Source: Chrysomallon squamiferum
Taxonomy: Eukaryota > Animalia > Mollusca
Direction of reading: 5' to 3'
NCBI GenBank assembly: GCA_012295275.1
Contig: CM022666.1
Location: forward strand, 7,998,001-8,062,000
Length of the DNA stretch: 64,000 bases
The notes under the pieces: generated by a model
What the model was told of the DNA's origin: nothing
The model's input: the letters and a program-made list of their open reading frames with translations, nothing else
The model's database searches: none
Part shown: piece by piece, positions 1 through 13,023 of the stretch
Layout: every line of letters begins with the position of its first letter
Numbering within the stretch: the first letter of the stretch is position 1
Program-made: the position numbers and the translations under genes

Positions 1-232
1 GAGGTATAAATTCTCCTCAGCAATCCATTGAGCCATTTCCCATTGCAACCTTTGCTCCAAGACTTGTATATCCTTTCCTGTTTGTCAGAAAGTTCATACA
101 AAAAAACTTCTTGTTTTTTAAAGTGAGCGCTTGCAGTGGGTTTCTTTTTCAAACACATTTACACAACAAGACTGGAGATTAATAAATATGACAAGTGTGT
201 TGCTAAAATATTTACATTTTTGCTTTTCTCAG

Positions 233-637
233 ACTGGAACATAATCATCCCCTGTATGAGGAATTAAGACAGGATTATCCAGATCATCTGCCAGTTCACA
301 TGGCCAGGCTACAGTCACTTGATACCGAGAAGGTAAGAAATAAATAAATAAATAAATAATGTAAATAAATAAAATAAATAAATAGATAACTGACTAAGCA
401 AATAAAGAAGTTAGTAAGTAAAATAAATAAATAAATAATAGTTGATAAGGTTATATTTTTAATTGTTCCCATGAACTTTTTCTGATATAGGTAAAGATTC
501 ATTAATTCACACATATATGCACACATGCAGACAGTCAGACAAACACATGTAAATAAATAATACAGTATAATTTGTTAAAATACTTAAAATTTGCTAAAAT
601 CTGACGTGTATGTCTGTATATTTTCATGTCTGTGTGA

Positions 638-687
<50 letters not shown>

Positions 688-1965
688 CTTAAGAGTTATT
701 ATACATATAATGATGTTTGTTATTTAATTTGCTTGCTTCTCCAGTTAAATCATTAATTATATTAACAGCAATAATTATACTATTAATATATAATACTGAG
801 TATTGTAAAAGTTGTTAAAATTATTTTCAGAAATTATTTCGTCACTACAAAACACATTTTTTTAAATTTTATTTTTTTATTTTTTTACCAGCATCATGAT
901 AAAAACTTGTCAGACATCATCTCTCTGGCTCGCTACATTATCTCCAAGATTGACCAGGCCAGTCTACTTTCCTACTATGGCATGAAGACTGACCAGAGGT
1001 CAGATGCCTCAACAGTTAAAAGGTGATTTTAATCTGGCATGTTGAGATGCTTGCCAGCAGCTGTGAAATGGTTAATAACAAGAAATTTAGACTTTGTCAT
1101 GTGGCTTACTTCATTGACTGGATATAAACATTATTTTTTATTATTATTTTTTTTTTATTACCCACCCTGTTATTATGTTTGTGCTGATTTTATATTCTGT
1201 TCTTGAGTGAATAATCAAGAGAGAGAGAGAGAGAAACAGTTCAAAGATTCTTTTTAATTTTTAGTTGAATAAACAGAAAATGTCACTACTGGTTTTGGTA
1301 AAAAGTGTTTTCCATTTTCAGATAATTATACGTGTGTGTGTGTAATTTATTAAGATATATGTATATATGTGTATTTGTTTTTATTATTATTATTATTTCT
1401 ATTATTATTTATTTTGTTGTTGTTATTATTTTCTGTGCAGTGAGATGGACAAACAGAAGGCGATGCTGTTGGAGGCGTATGTGAAGTTAGGCTGTGCACA
1501 GGTGGATGCCCTGGCTCACCCTCCTGAGGTTACCGAGGTTTCCACGGAGGATTCTCTGGAAGACCCGTCTCTTGTCTCTCTCTCGCCAGAAATAACTCTG
1601 AAAGACGTTGACGAGACGTTTGTTGAGATTCAGAAGTGGGCAGATCTCAACGATGTGAAGGTAAATTTGTGTTTTCAGTCTGTAACATCAAAAAAATGGA
1701 TCATCAGAGGTGGGTGGTATTTGTAAGATTCAAAAACTGGTTGATGGATGATGATTTTGTTACTTTCAGAAATGGATTGATTATTTTTGAAAATGATCTG
1801 AATGATTTGAAGGTAAATTAGTTTTATTTTGTGTTCATGGAAGATTAAAACTTGTATAAAAGAAAAAACATTTATGTGATTGAAAACTGGTGGGTCCAGC
1901 AGATATTTTTTTTTATAAGATAGGTCCTTTTAACAGGTAAATTATTTTTGTTTTAAATTATTGGT

Positions 1966-2020
<55 letters not shown>

Positions 2021-2093
2021 CTCCCCCTCCCCCTTTCCCTTATTAAATTCATTTTTAACGTTTACAATAGCATTGTCTTTTTCATAACTTTGT

Positions 2094-2160
<67 letters not shown>

Positions 2161-2863
2161 TAACAACACATGCACAACAGTTTAACAAGTATTTTTCTTT
2201 TCTCAGGTTTTGCCCTTCAGTATAAAACATGCCACTGTACACAAGCAATATGGCCGAGCTCTGAAGTTCCTCAACAAACTGAATGAAGAAAAAAGTACAA
2301 AAGAAAATGATGCCAAAATTATTGAGGTAGGCAAAAAAAAAAAAAAAAAAAAAATAAAAGGATGGAAGGAACAGACAAAGAAATGAATGAAGAACAAAAT
2401 GAATAAAGAAGAATAAAATTCAAAAATAGAATTTAAATTTATGGGTTTTTTTTTATTATTATTATTATTATAGGTTCAATCAAATAATATTTTATTCTGT
2501 TTATATCATGTTTGTATTGTTTGTTACAGTTATTACATTATTACAGTTCATTTTTTTTCATGTTACATATATTTATTTTATCTTAAAAATTGAATAAGGT
2601 AGCAGAAACATTAAATCAGAAATATGTTTTACAATGTTTTTTTGTTTTATACCTAATGTAGTTTAATATTTAATTTGAGTCCTGTTTAATAGTAATAATT
2701 ATTTTATACTATTATTTGTTTTCAGTCTTGTTTAGTTGTATTTTTTTATTAAAAAAAATAATAATAATTTCAAAAATCTTTAAATTAAAAACTTATAAAT
2801 AAACTTTATTCTTCTTTCTTTCTTTGGTAGTTATTTATCTGTGAATTTTCTTTTTTCTTTCTT

Positions 2864-2900
<37 letters not shown>

Positions 2901-3049
2901 TTTTTTTCTTATTTATGTATTTATTTATTTTTATTTAATTATTCATTCTTTTATTTCAGACCTATTTTAATTTGGGCTGGGATCACTGTGCACGACATTT
3001 TGAGAATTGGTTGTTGGCCAAACATCCTCCAGCTTATCGGCCATTTTAA
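233..3049 (+). CDS. TPP2: Tripeptidyl-peptidase II, 3' part (last five coding exons; gene starts upstream of window)
   Basis: GT-AG exons 233-332, 892-1022, 1441-1660, 2207-2326 and 2960-3049 join in frame: LYEELRQDYPDHLPVHMARLQSLDTEK / ISKIDQASLLSYYGMKTDQRSDASTVK / EMDKQKAMLLEAYVKLGCA...KWADLNDVK / VLPFSIKHATVHKQYGRALKFLNKLNEEKSTKEN / LGWDHCARHFENWLLAKHPPAYRPF*. This matches the recalled TPP2 C-terminus (human YNELKETYPNYLPLYVARLHQLD...MKTDPRPDA...[22 protein letters not shown]). Confidence 0.95.
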
Positions 3050-3268
3050 GGATTTTACTGCTTAGAAACATTTTAGAAACATTTTTGTGATTTATCCAAG
3101 TGTAGACAAAAACTTTTAAAACATTTTGTGTGATTGTCAAAGTGTGTGAGCAATTTATGACCTTAGCAATATCAGCTGATCTTTCTTTACAATTTTAAAA
3201 TAAAAAAATAAATGTCATTCCATTTGTATATTGTATGTAGATGTCTTCAGTAGTCTGTGGTATGAAAC

Positions 3269-3304
<36 letters not shown>

Positions 3305-3467
3305 AATAAATATGCGATTAAGTGAAACTTTTCTTTGTAAGAAAAGTAATATAATTTTATTTATTTCTTTCTTGATCTGTGTTTGTAGTAATAAAAATTT
3401 GTATAATTTTTAGCCCATTTCAGTGGCCATTTTTATTTTTTATTTCAGCAGTTTTTATTATTAACCT

Positions 3468-3507
<40 letters not shown>

Positions 3508-5547
3508 CAGATCTGAAGTGCCTCAATGAAATTATCAGAGGATATTTTGAGTTTTTCTTCTTTATTTATTTATTTTTTTTTTTTTTAAACTTAAATGCAC
3601 TTTTGGTTTCAACAACTAGCCTAAAAATATTTTGTGTACTTACTCATGATTTTTTTATTTGTTATATCTGAGTAGTTTTTATTAATAATAATAATGTATG
3701 TCTCTCTGTGTGTGTGTGTGTGTGTGTGTGACAGACAAACACTCCAATAATGTATTCAGTTTGTCAAGAATTTTAGCAATTTTATTTTATTTTATCTTTA
3801 TTTTATTTTTGTTTTATTTTTTTATTCCCCTTCTGATATGTCATCTTTAGATTTCTATTTAGTAACTGCAAAGTATGCATATTAAAAATATATTTAACCT
3901 TTATATTAACATACTTAGATATATTTAACATTATATTTGTAGGTACTACTTATCTGTTTATTTCGTTAACATTTTATTACTATTAAATAACATTTCTTAC
4001 GATTTTAATGATAATTTACCAAATTTATTTTATAATATTTAAAAGAAGACAGACATATACATCGTAATGTGAAACTGACCAGACTGTAATGAAATCACTT
4101 AAATTATATTTAAACTAATGTTTGTCAAGACAATTAATTTAGCCAAGCATCATAACTAGTCTTTTTGAATTAATAGGTAAGCACTGTTCAGACACACGAA
4201 TTGGAGAACTGCTGTTTTAATAGGTTATTGTACACGTTGTTAATACAGTTGTTATGGTTATGATGATATCATAGTGACGTTATTCTGGGTAGTTATTCAA
4301 AATTACGTCATTGTGAATTAACTGACTCAGTCTGACGAACGTGACATCGTGGTACTATTTTTAGCCTCGTATTGAGTTACAGTGATGTTTTGGCTTTATT
4401 AAATCACTGTATTAATCTAGTTTGACAGTTGTATAAATATACTATAAATCAATTTGAAAAAATTACACTTATTTATATATATATTTATTATTATTGATAT
4501 ATATATATATATATTTGCTTCTGTTTAGTTTTTTGTTCTTTTTATTTCAGTTATTATTTTTTAACAGAATTATTTCTATCTGTAACGTTTTTACCTGAAT
4601 AATGATTAAATTACAGCATTTTTACTGTTTGGAATTACTTGAATATACTGAATTAATTAGGTTAATCTCTAAATTTTTGATTCGATAACTGTTAATATTT
4701 AAGTCACTAGCACATAATTATTGTAAGATCACTTTAGTCATTTAGTTTGATTACGTCATTCTAATGTTGTAATTACGTCACTATATTATTTAAATTTAGT
4801 TGTTACGTCACATGGTAACATTGTACTAAATGAAATATTACCTAACTATATGATTGGATATGGCATCTATGAGTATTTTATTTCACTATGACGAAAATTA
4901 GAATATAGTGACGTCACTGTGTTACTTTTAGTAAGATTTTATATCGCCGCTTTTTGGGGAGTTATTTATAAGTGATTTGATTACGTAACTATGCAGGGAA
5001 CCAGTTCAGTTTAACTAGAATCACGGCAGCACACATATAATTACTATTTCAACCATTTTTTTCTGAATATTTATTCACCAACGGTCGATTGATAATTGGG
5101 TTTTATGTCAATAAAAAATTTTCATCCCTTTTATGTTTGGTCTTACATTTAAAAAAATATATATATATTTTATTATTATTATGATTATGATTATGATTAT
5201 TACATCATTATTACATCATTATTACATCATTATACAACAAAATACATTAATCTTAAAATTTCTTGTATACAACAACATATTGTGAAAATTATGCAGGTGT
5301 TAGTAGTTAGAATTAAGCTGTGCAATAATTTAGATGCCACTTAATTGTGAATAATGTTAATTATCTTTGAGTTTACTGACATCGTTCAACAACTGACGTC
5401 ATATCGGCAATACTTTCTGTGTCTGAATATACATACATTTTTTATCATTAAAATGGAATACAATTTTATTTTTTTATCACAATAATGTAAAATGAAAAAT
5501 TGATAGCAAATTATTTTCATCACAGTTTGTATTATTTATTATCATCA

Positions 5548-5601
<54 letters not shown>

Positions 5602-5703
5602 TATTATAGGTGGTGGTATTTGTTTTATTTGTTAATGTTTTATTTTTATTTAATTTTTTTTTTTTTTATTCATTATTTTTTTGGTACCAGATATGCATGT
5701 TTC

Positions 5704-5736
<33 letters not shown>

Positions 5737-6407
5737 ACATTAAATTTGAGTTTGACTTTAAAGATTTTTCATGAATAATTAAAAAAGACCTTTAGAAATC
5801 AGTAATTTTAAAAAAGCAAGAACCTGTGTGTAATTATTTTATTTGTTTTAAAACTTGAAAAAGCGTGCTGTGATTTTCAAAACTAACGAGGTAATAAAGT
5901 AATTTCTAAAAATATATTGTTCTTTTGTTATACATGACTTTAATCAACACGAGTTTAAAAGACATTTTATTTTAATTTATTTCATTTTATTTTAATTATT
6001 TTATTTTTAAATTACTATTATTTTTTTTGTGTCATTTCTTGTAGAATTTAATACATTTCTGGTTGTGTTTCAGTGCAAATTATCATTTTAAAGATGGTTT
6101 TATTTTCCATTACTCGTGAAATGTATATCAACCCACGGGAAGGTATATATAAAAGATTCCTTGCTGCTAACTGGTGCGTAACCATGAAATTGTGACAGAA
6201 TAGAGAGAAAAACAGGAATAAAAAAATATATGTTTTTGATACATAATAATAGATGTTTAAATTTCGATGAATTGTTTTGAAAAATAAGTAGGTAAGTAAA
6301 TAAATAATGATGATGATAAAAAAAAAAGATGAATTATGATGAAGTTTAGTTTTGAAAATAACAACGCCAACAGTATTAGTTGTAGTAAAGAATAACAATA
6401 ATGTTAA

Positions 6408-6454
<47 letters not shown>

Positions 6455-7102
6455 CAACCAAATATATTAATTAATTATTTGTTTTCGTTTACCACTTTAT
6501 CACAGACTTGATTTTTTTTTTTTTAAACTCAGTCGCAGAAAACACAGACATACACACTGACACATACACATATATTTATACCATACAAAGGCCTAAAAGC
6601 TCTTAAACACCGTCCTAACTTTTGATAGTCGTATGTCTTCGTGTCCGATTACTGTTTCGTTTGTTCTATGATTCATACGATATCTTGCACACGAGTAATT
6701 AATACGACTGTAAAATATATACGTAATTAATTCTTGGTGTTAAATATAAATGAGTAATTAATACTCACTGTTAAATATATATGTAATTAATATTATTCAC
6801 TGTTAATTATTAATGATATCTGGAAAAAAACTTTTACGCTGTTAGAAATTCTATTTAAAAAAAAAAAAAAAAAAAAAAAAATAGTTTTTCATTTTGTTTT
6901 CGTTTTTGTCGTTTTTTTCATTTTTATTTTTATTTTTTAAATCATTAGTAACATATTTTACGAAATTTTTACTGTTCATTTATTTACTTTTATTTATTTT
7001 TATTTTTTTACTGAATAATTTATTATTGTTTGTTGTTATTGTTGCTGTTCTTATAGTTCTTTTCACGGAAAAGATTTATTTAAAAATAAAATTAAAATAA
7101 AT

Positions 7103-7184
7103 CGCTGTGAGTAGGATTTGAACCTACGCGGGAAAATCCCATTGGATTTCGAGTCCAACGCCTTAACCACTCGGCCATCACAGC
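7103..7184 (-). tRNA. tRNA-Ser(CGA), copy 1
   Basis: Reverse complement is GCTGTGATGGCCGAGTGGTTAAGGCGTTGGACTCGAAATCCAATGGGATTTTCCCGCGTAGGTTCAAATCCTACTCACAGCG: 82 nt with acceptor stem, anticodon arm TTGGA-CT-CGA-AA-TCCAA, long variable arm and T-arm; T-run terminator follows. Confidence 0.96.
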
Positions 7185-7421
7185 TATGAAACTAACTGTT
7201 AGTTATACTGGCCACTTTATTGTAATTAATATGCTGAAAACCAGAAAACTGGTAATATTTTATTTTTAGGCTTCTGGTTAAGATAACTATTATATATTTA
7301 TTTTTTTTTTTTTAAATTTTTTTTTTTTACTGAATAATTTATTATTGTTTGTTGTTATTGTTGCTGTTCTTGTAGTTCTTTTCATGGAAAAGATTTATTT
7401 TAAAATAAAAATAAAATAAAT

Positions 7422-7503
7422 CGCTGTGAGTAGGATTTGAACCTACGCGGGAAAATCCCATTGGATTTCGAGTCCAACGCCTTAACCACTCGGCCATCAC
7501 AGC
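7422..7503 (-). tRNA. tRNA-Ser(CGA), copy 2
   Basis: Identical 82-nt sequence to copy 1. Confidence 0.96.
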
Positions 7504-7734
7504 TATGAAACTAACTGTTAGTTATACTGGCCACTTTATTGTAATTAATATGCTGAAAACCAGAAAACTGGTAATATTTTATTTTTAGGCTTCTGGTTAA
7601 GATAACTATTATATATTTATTTTTTTTTTTAAATTTTTTTTACTGAATAATTTATTATTGTTTGTTGTTATTGTTGCTGTTCTTGTAGTTCTTTTCATGG
7701 AAAAGATTTATTTTAAAATAAAAATAAAATAAAT

Positions 7735-7816
7735 CGCTGTGAGTAGGATTTGAACCTACGCGGGAAAATCCCATTGGATTTCGAGTCCAACGCCTTAACC
7801 ACTCGGCCATCACAGC
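7735..7816 (-). tRNA. tRNA-Ser(CGA), copy 3
   Basis: Identical 82-nt sequence to copy 1. Confidence 0.96.
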
Positions 7817-7923
7817 TATGAAACTAACTGTTAGTTATACTGGCCACTTTATTGTAATTAATATGCTGAAAACCAGAAAACTGGTAATATTTTATTTTTA
7901 GGCTTCTGGTTAAGATAACTATT

Positions 7924-8002
<79 letters not shown>

Positions 8003-8552
8003 GAACATTTATTTTTTATTTCATACTGTTGTTATTTACTTACGCCATTTTGAGCTATCAATATCATGCTACAATATAAAGCTTTTATTTATTTATTAAA
8101 CTTTGTAATTATTTTTTGCGTTGCAAACAAAAGAAAGTTCCAGTGGTTTTACTTTGACGTAGCATATTTTCATTAATAATAATAAGAAGAATAATAACAA
8201 TAATGATGATGATGATGATAATGATGGTGTTGAAAATAATAAAAATAAATTAAAAATGAAAACACAACACTTGAAGCTATTTAAATATTTATTATATTGG
8301 AAATAGAAAATGGTAAATTTTTAATTTTGTAAATAATAACATGCAAGATATATTTATTATTGCCGTACATTTATAAAAGAAAGAAAAAAAAAAAAAAAAA
8401 AAGACAGCATGAAATTTTACAAGTATGTCAAAAATAAAATGCATGAAAATATGTACATTAGTATTAAATTATCTAAATGAAAGAATAAACGCAGAAAGAA
8501 ACATAAAAAAAAAAAAAAAGAGAAAGCAAAATTAGGTCGATTTGAGAATTTT

Positions 8553-8605
<53 letters not shown>

Positions 8606-9294
8606 GTGTTAAAAAAGAAAAGAAAATGATCACTATAATTACGTTTTTCTAAGTTACATAATTATTTTATGTGCTTAATTATAATAATGTAGTTCACATA
8701 ATTAAATTATATATATTTCGCTTGCATAGATATTTTAAAGATATAAAAAAACATGATCACAGTCTTGCTTTGAAACTAATAATATTGATAACAATTATTT
8801 TTAAAATGTTGGCGTAGATTGTTTGCATTTCTTTAGCTATAACCGGAGTTTAAGCAACCGATGATGAATTCATTCATTCTTATTATACATATATAAATAT
8901 ACAGTAAAAGGCAGAAGTAATTATAACATAATTTGAACATTAGTAAAGAAAATTTTCAATCGTTGGGAGACTGAAGTTCAGTAAATAAAACATACTTTCA
9001 CTTTTTACCCATCTTGAGCATAGGGATATTAATCATTCTGAATTTGTTGTTTTCTTTACTACTGTCGATAATAGTGTTTGTAAAAGATTTCCTTTGCCTG
9101 GGAATACATAATTTTAATTACCATGTGAATGTTGTTTTGGGGTTTTTTTTTCCCTTTCCTTCTTTCTTTGTTACTTTATTTATTTATTCATTTTAATTTG
9201 TCTTCATTTAATTTTTAATAACACCCCCCCTCACTATTCTGTCACTCAAAGCTCCAATCAGAAACCACAAGAGCACCTAGGATCCAATAACAGA

Positions 9295-11667
9295 TCAGTT
9301 ACCAGGTGGGGCACTTTTAGTACCTTTACGAGCCCGCTTTCCCTTTTTGGGCGTAGTCGGAGAACGCTCTGGTTCTTCCTTTATCGGCCGATCTCTCGGT
9401 TCCCTCTCCTTGTGATGCGACTGGTTGTCGTAGACGATGTTTGCCTTCTGTCTCAGATTCTCCCATTGTCTCGGGAAGCCGAGCACAATCCTGTTATCCG
9501 ACACGTTCAGATGCTTAATGGCTGGAAGCTTGCAGATACTTTCTGGAAGAGTTTCTAAAATATTGTCGGAAAAGTCCAGTATCTCCAGGTTCCTCATCCG
9601 TTCGAATTCTCCAGGTAGCGTTTTGATGTCGTTGCCGGACGCCAGCAGCACCTTCAGCCTGTACAGGTAGGGGAAATCTGTTGGCATTTGGTCGATGTGG
9701 TTGTTTGAGACGTTGAGATCGCGCAGCGAAGCCAGGATGTCGATTCTGTCCTGGGGAAAGTTCAAAAGTTCATTGCTGGAGAGGTTGAGGTGGATGAGTT
9801 TGTTGAGATCACCGAAATCGTCCGGCAGGAGTTTCATTGCGTTGAACGACATATCCAGGTCCTCCATCGATACGAGTTTCAAAAGGCCCGGGCTGAATTC
9901 GGTGATGGCATTGTTGGAGACATTGAGTTTCTTCAGCTTCGACAACGATTGTAGTTCAATGGGAATCTCGGTCATATCGTTGAAGCTCATATCTAGATTC
10001 TGCAGTGCTCGCAGTTTGCTGATGCTGTTAGGAAGAACTCGGATGCTGTTGTTGGAGATATCGAGTGTGGCAAGGAGACGGAGGTTGAACACTGACGGAG
10101 GAATTTCGTCAAGTCCTAGGTTGCTGATCTCCAAGTGGCTGATATTTCTCAAATGATCCTTGTCTCCGATCACAACCAGCACCGACTTCAGTTCCAGTGG
10201 ATTGTAAGTTAACGGGTTGTCGGAAAGAAACAGCGTGGCCACGGGTTTGGGCACGATAAGTTCAGTGAAAGCGTTGCTGGACACGTCCAGCGTGTGTAGC
10301 TGGTACATGTGGTCTATACTCTTTGGTATGAAGGCAATCTCGTTGTTGTTCATCTTGAACACCTCAAGGTTGCGCAGTTTGCGCAGGTCTGAAGGAATGG
10401 CAGCTAGTCGATTGTTAGATATATCCAGAGTCAAGAGAATCTGGTCCATGCCGACGGACTCAGGCAGGACGCTCAGTTTATTCTTCGCCACGATCAAAGA
10501 TTTCAGTGTTTTTATACTGCCAACCGCTTCTGGCAGCTCTTTGATGCCATTGTCAGAGAGATCGAGCGTCTTCAGTGATTTCATTTGATGTATCTCGTCT
10601 GGGACTACCTCGATGCTGTTCGAAGATAAATACAAATGCTCCAACGACGGCAAGTTGACGGCGAACTTCATCGAATTGAGCTTGTTTCCGGAGAGATTAA
10701 TCGTTTCGATGTATTTCAGATCGTTTATCCCTTTCGGAACGAACTCGATAAGGTTGTTGGCCATGTTGAGGACTTTGAGTCTGTGCAGCTTCTCCATGTC
10801 GTTGGGTAAGGCCACTATCTCGTTGTGGGAGGCGTCAAACGAGTCCAGTGCATAACCGAGACTACAGATTTCGTCCGGAAGCACCTTAATGCGATTGTAC
10901 GATACGTCCAGATGACTCAAGTATTTGACCATTCCTATCTGCGGTGGAAGTTCCTCCAGGGCATTGTGGGACAGATTCAACCACGTCAAGCATCGAAGTC
11001 TGTCCACCGAATCGGGAATGGTTGCCACGGAGTTATCGGACAAGTCGATCCTTTTGATGATAGGGTTTTTAACGGTTGCCGGCGGCAGCTCTGTTATTCG
11101 ATTGCCCTTCAGGTCGACAAAACCCGGCAGCTCATAAAGTCCTTTCTTCAGCGACTTGATGATATTGTGCGACGCGTCCAGATAAACTAACGAAGGCGAT
11201 TTCCCTATATTCTTCGGAAGCGCTCGGAGTCGGTTGTTGGCTGCCATCAGCCTGGTGAGTGCGGTCGCCTTGTGGATGGCGCGAGGAAGAGACTTGATGC
11301 TGTTGTTGGTCATCTCGAGCACCTGCAGCTTCTTCATCTTCGACACCGTGGCCGGGAACGTCGTCATGTTGTTGTTTCTGACGTCAATCAGTTCGACGTT
11401 CTGCATGGCGGCCAGAGACTTGGGCAGCTTCTTGATTCTGTTGTTCTCCGCTGTGAATTTCACCGTCAGCTCGCACAGCTCTTCGTTCGAGTAGATCTCA
11501 ATGGGCAGACGGACCATGTTGGCCGTGCCGAAGTTCAAGTGTACTTTCTTCCCGTCTGGCAATCGCTTGATGTAGATTTTCTTCAGAGGCTCCGGCAAGG
11601 AGATGATCTTGCTGCCTGGACCCGTGGCAGGGGGAGGCTTTTCTTCCTTCTTCCGACGTTTGTTCAT
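9295..11667 (-). CDS. Intronless leucine-rich-repeat-only protein, 790 aa (~28-30 23-residue LRRs; SHOC2/LRRC40/LRRIQ4-type repeats)
   Basis: Uninterrupted ORF with LxxLxLSxNxIxxLPxxIxxL repeats from about aa 65 to 745 and basic N- and C-terminal tails; clearly more GC/CpG-rich than flanks; minus-strand acceptor (ttttag) at 11706-11705 just upstream of the ATG. Confidence 0.93.
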   Translation of the reverse strand: MNKRRKKEEKPPPATGPGSKIISLPEPLKKIYIKRLPDGKKVHLNFGTANMVRLPIEIYSNEELCELTVKFTAENNRIKKLPKSLAAMQNVELIDVRNNNMTTFPATVSKMKKLQVLEMTNNSIKSLPRAIHKATALTRLMAANNRLRALPKNIGKSPSLVYLDASHNIIKSLKKGLYELPGFVDLKGNRITELPPATVKNPIIKRIDLSDNSVATIPDSVDRLRCLTWLNLSHNALEELPPQIGMVKYLSHLDVSYNRIKVLPDEICSLGYALDSFDASHNEIVALPNDMEKLHRLKVLNMANNLIEFVPKGINDLKYIETINLSGNKLNSMKFAVNLPSLEHLYLSSNSIEVVPDEIHQMKSLKTLDLSDNGIKELPEAVGSIKTLKSLIVAKNKLSVLPESVGMDQILLTLDISNNRLAAIPSDLRKLRNLEVFKMNNNEIAFIPKSIDHMYQLHTLDVSSNAFTELIVPKPVATLFLSDNPLTYNPLELKSVLVVIGDKDHLRNISHLEISNLGLDEIPPSVFNLRLLATLDISNNSIRVLPNSISKLRALQNLDMSFNDMTEIPIELQSLSKLKKLNVSNNAITEFSPGLLKLVSMEDLDMSFNAMKLLPDDFGDLNKLIHLNLSSNELLNFPQDRIDILASLRDLNVSNNHIDQMPTDFPYLYRLKVLLASGNDIKTLPGEFERMRNLEILDFSDNILETLPESICKLPAIKHLNVSDNRIVLGFPRQWENLRQKANIVYDNQSHHKEREPRDRPIKEEPERSPTTPKKGKRARKGTKSAPPGN

Positions 11668-11811
11668 TTTGTACTCGTGTGTGTTCTCCTAATCAGTTCA
11701 TCATCTAAAATAACAATAATAATAATAATTATTATTATTATAGTACTACTAGTAGTAATGATAATAATAATAGTAATAAAAGTAATAGTAGTAGTAACAG
11801 TAGTAGTAGTA

Positions 11812-11854
<43 letters not shown>

Positions 11855-11877
11855 GTAAATAATAATAATAATAATAA

Positions 11878-11912
<35 letters not shown>

Positions 11913-12189
11913 ACAGTAGAAGTAGTAAATAATAATAATAATAACAACAACAATACAGCGAAAGCAACAGTAGCAGCAGAAGCAACAATAACAACGACAA
12001 CAATACAAATAGTCTACTGCATTTTTTAATGCAATATTTTAAATAATTTTTTGTATTGCAAAACAATTCGAAAACTGTAAGGTATCAGTAGTTCTGTTAC
12101 CCCAAAACCGTTTCAGAATTAAAAGCCTTTCTGATTTTGGGATTTCGAATAAGAAAATCTGAATAACAATGACAGCGTTAAAATAATAA

Positions 12190-12232
<43 letters not shown>

Positions 12233-12944
12233 TAGTAGTAATTCAGCTATAGCCATAATAATTATAACGTTTGTACAAATAATAGTAATAGGAGAAGTAG
12301 CAACAACAGCAATAGCAGATGTAGTAGTAGTACTAGAAGAAATACTGGTAGTAGAATAGTGGCAATAATAGTTGTTGTGGTAGTAGTAGATGCAGTGGGA
12401 TGACAGTAATAGTAGCAGTAGTAGTAGTAACAGAGTTGTTGTGATAGTTGTAGAAACAGTTATGATCGTAGCAGCGCAGTTTATCAAGCAACTGAAGTAA
12501 TAGCATCATAAACAACAGCAACGATAATAAACTGCAAGAATGCAACCATAATCAAAAAGCTTTAAATATCTATTCACAAATGTATTAAATCAGCAGCATT
12601 ATGATAATGGAAAACCACTGACATTGTAATTCAGGTTTTGACAGGCAAAATGAGGATCATAGACTAAGTGCTAAATTAACATTTGCCTGTACCATTTTAC
12701 ATTCTGTGATAACTGTTATTATTCTGTCGAGATATTGAGCTACAATCTATAATTCGATTTTTGGAATCACTAACGAAAATTACCATACTATTAGCCAGTT
12801 GTTTTCAAAGTTCCTATTCATTTAGTGAGCAACATATTTCATGCATTGTCGTAATTATCTGACGTCAGTCTTGACCCCATGATGACATAGATCTATTGAC
12901 GTCATAACACTTTTGACTTTAGGGGTGATTGTTTGAAAAGTAAT

Positions 12945-13023
<79 letters not shown>

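Larger units (their letters stand above)
7000..7926. repeat. Tandem array of three ~313-319 bp units, each carrying one tRNA-Ser(CGA)
   Basis: tRNA starts are spaced 319 and 313 bp apart; flanks (actgaataatttattattgtttg...ggcttctggttaagataactattata) repeat almost exactly. Confidence 0.95.

Noticed and set aside
7103-7184. Possible tRNA-Sec/suppressor tRNA or SINE head
   Set aside because: Anticodon is CGA, not TCA; canonical 82-nt tRNA-Ser with no SINE body or tail.
9295-11667. Horizontal transfer of the LRR gene from bacteria
   Set aside because: The upstream splice acceptor and eukaryote-type basic tails, plus similarly GC-rich exons in the Argos-like gene, explain the composition without HGT; not testable without phylogeny.
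9437-11862. Multiple + strand ORFs overlapping the LRR gene
   Set aside because: Antisense shadows of a GC-rich repetitive CDS; no independent protein features.
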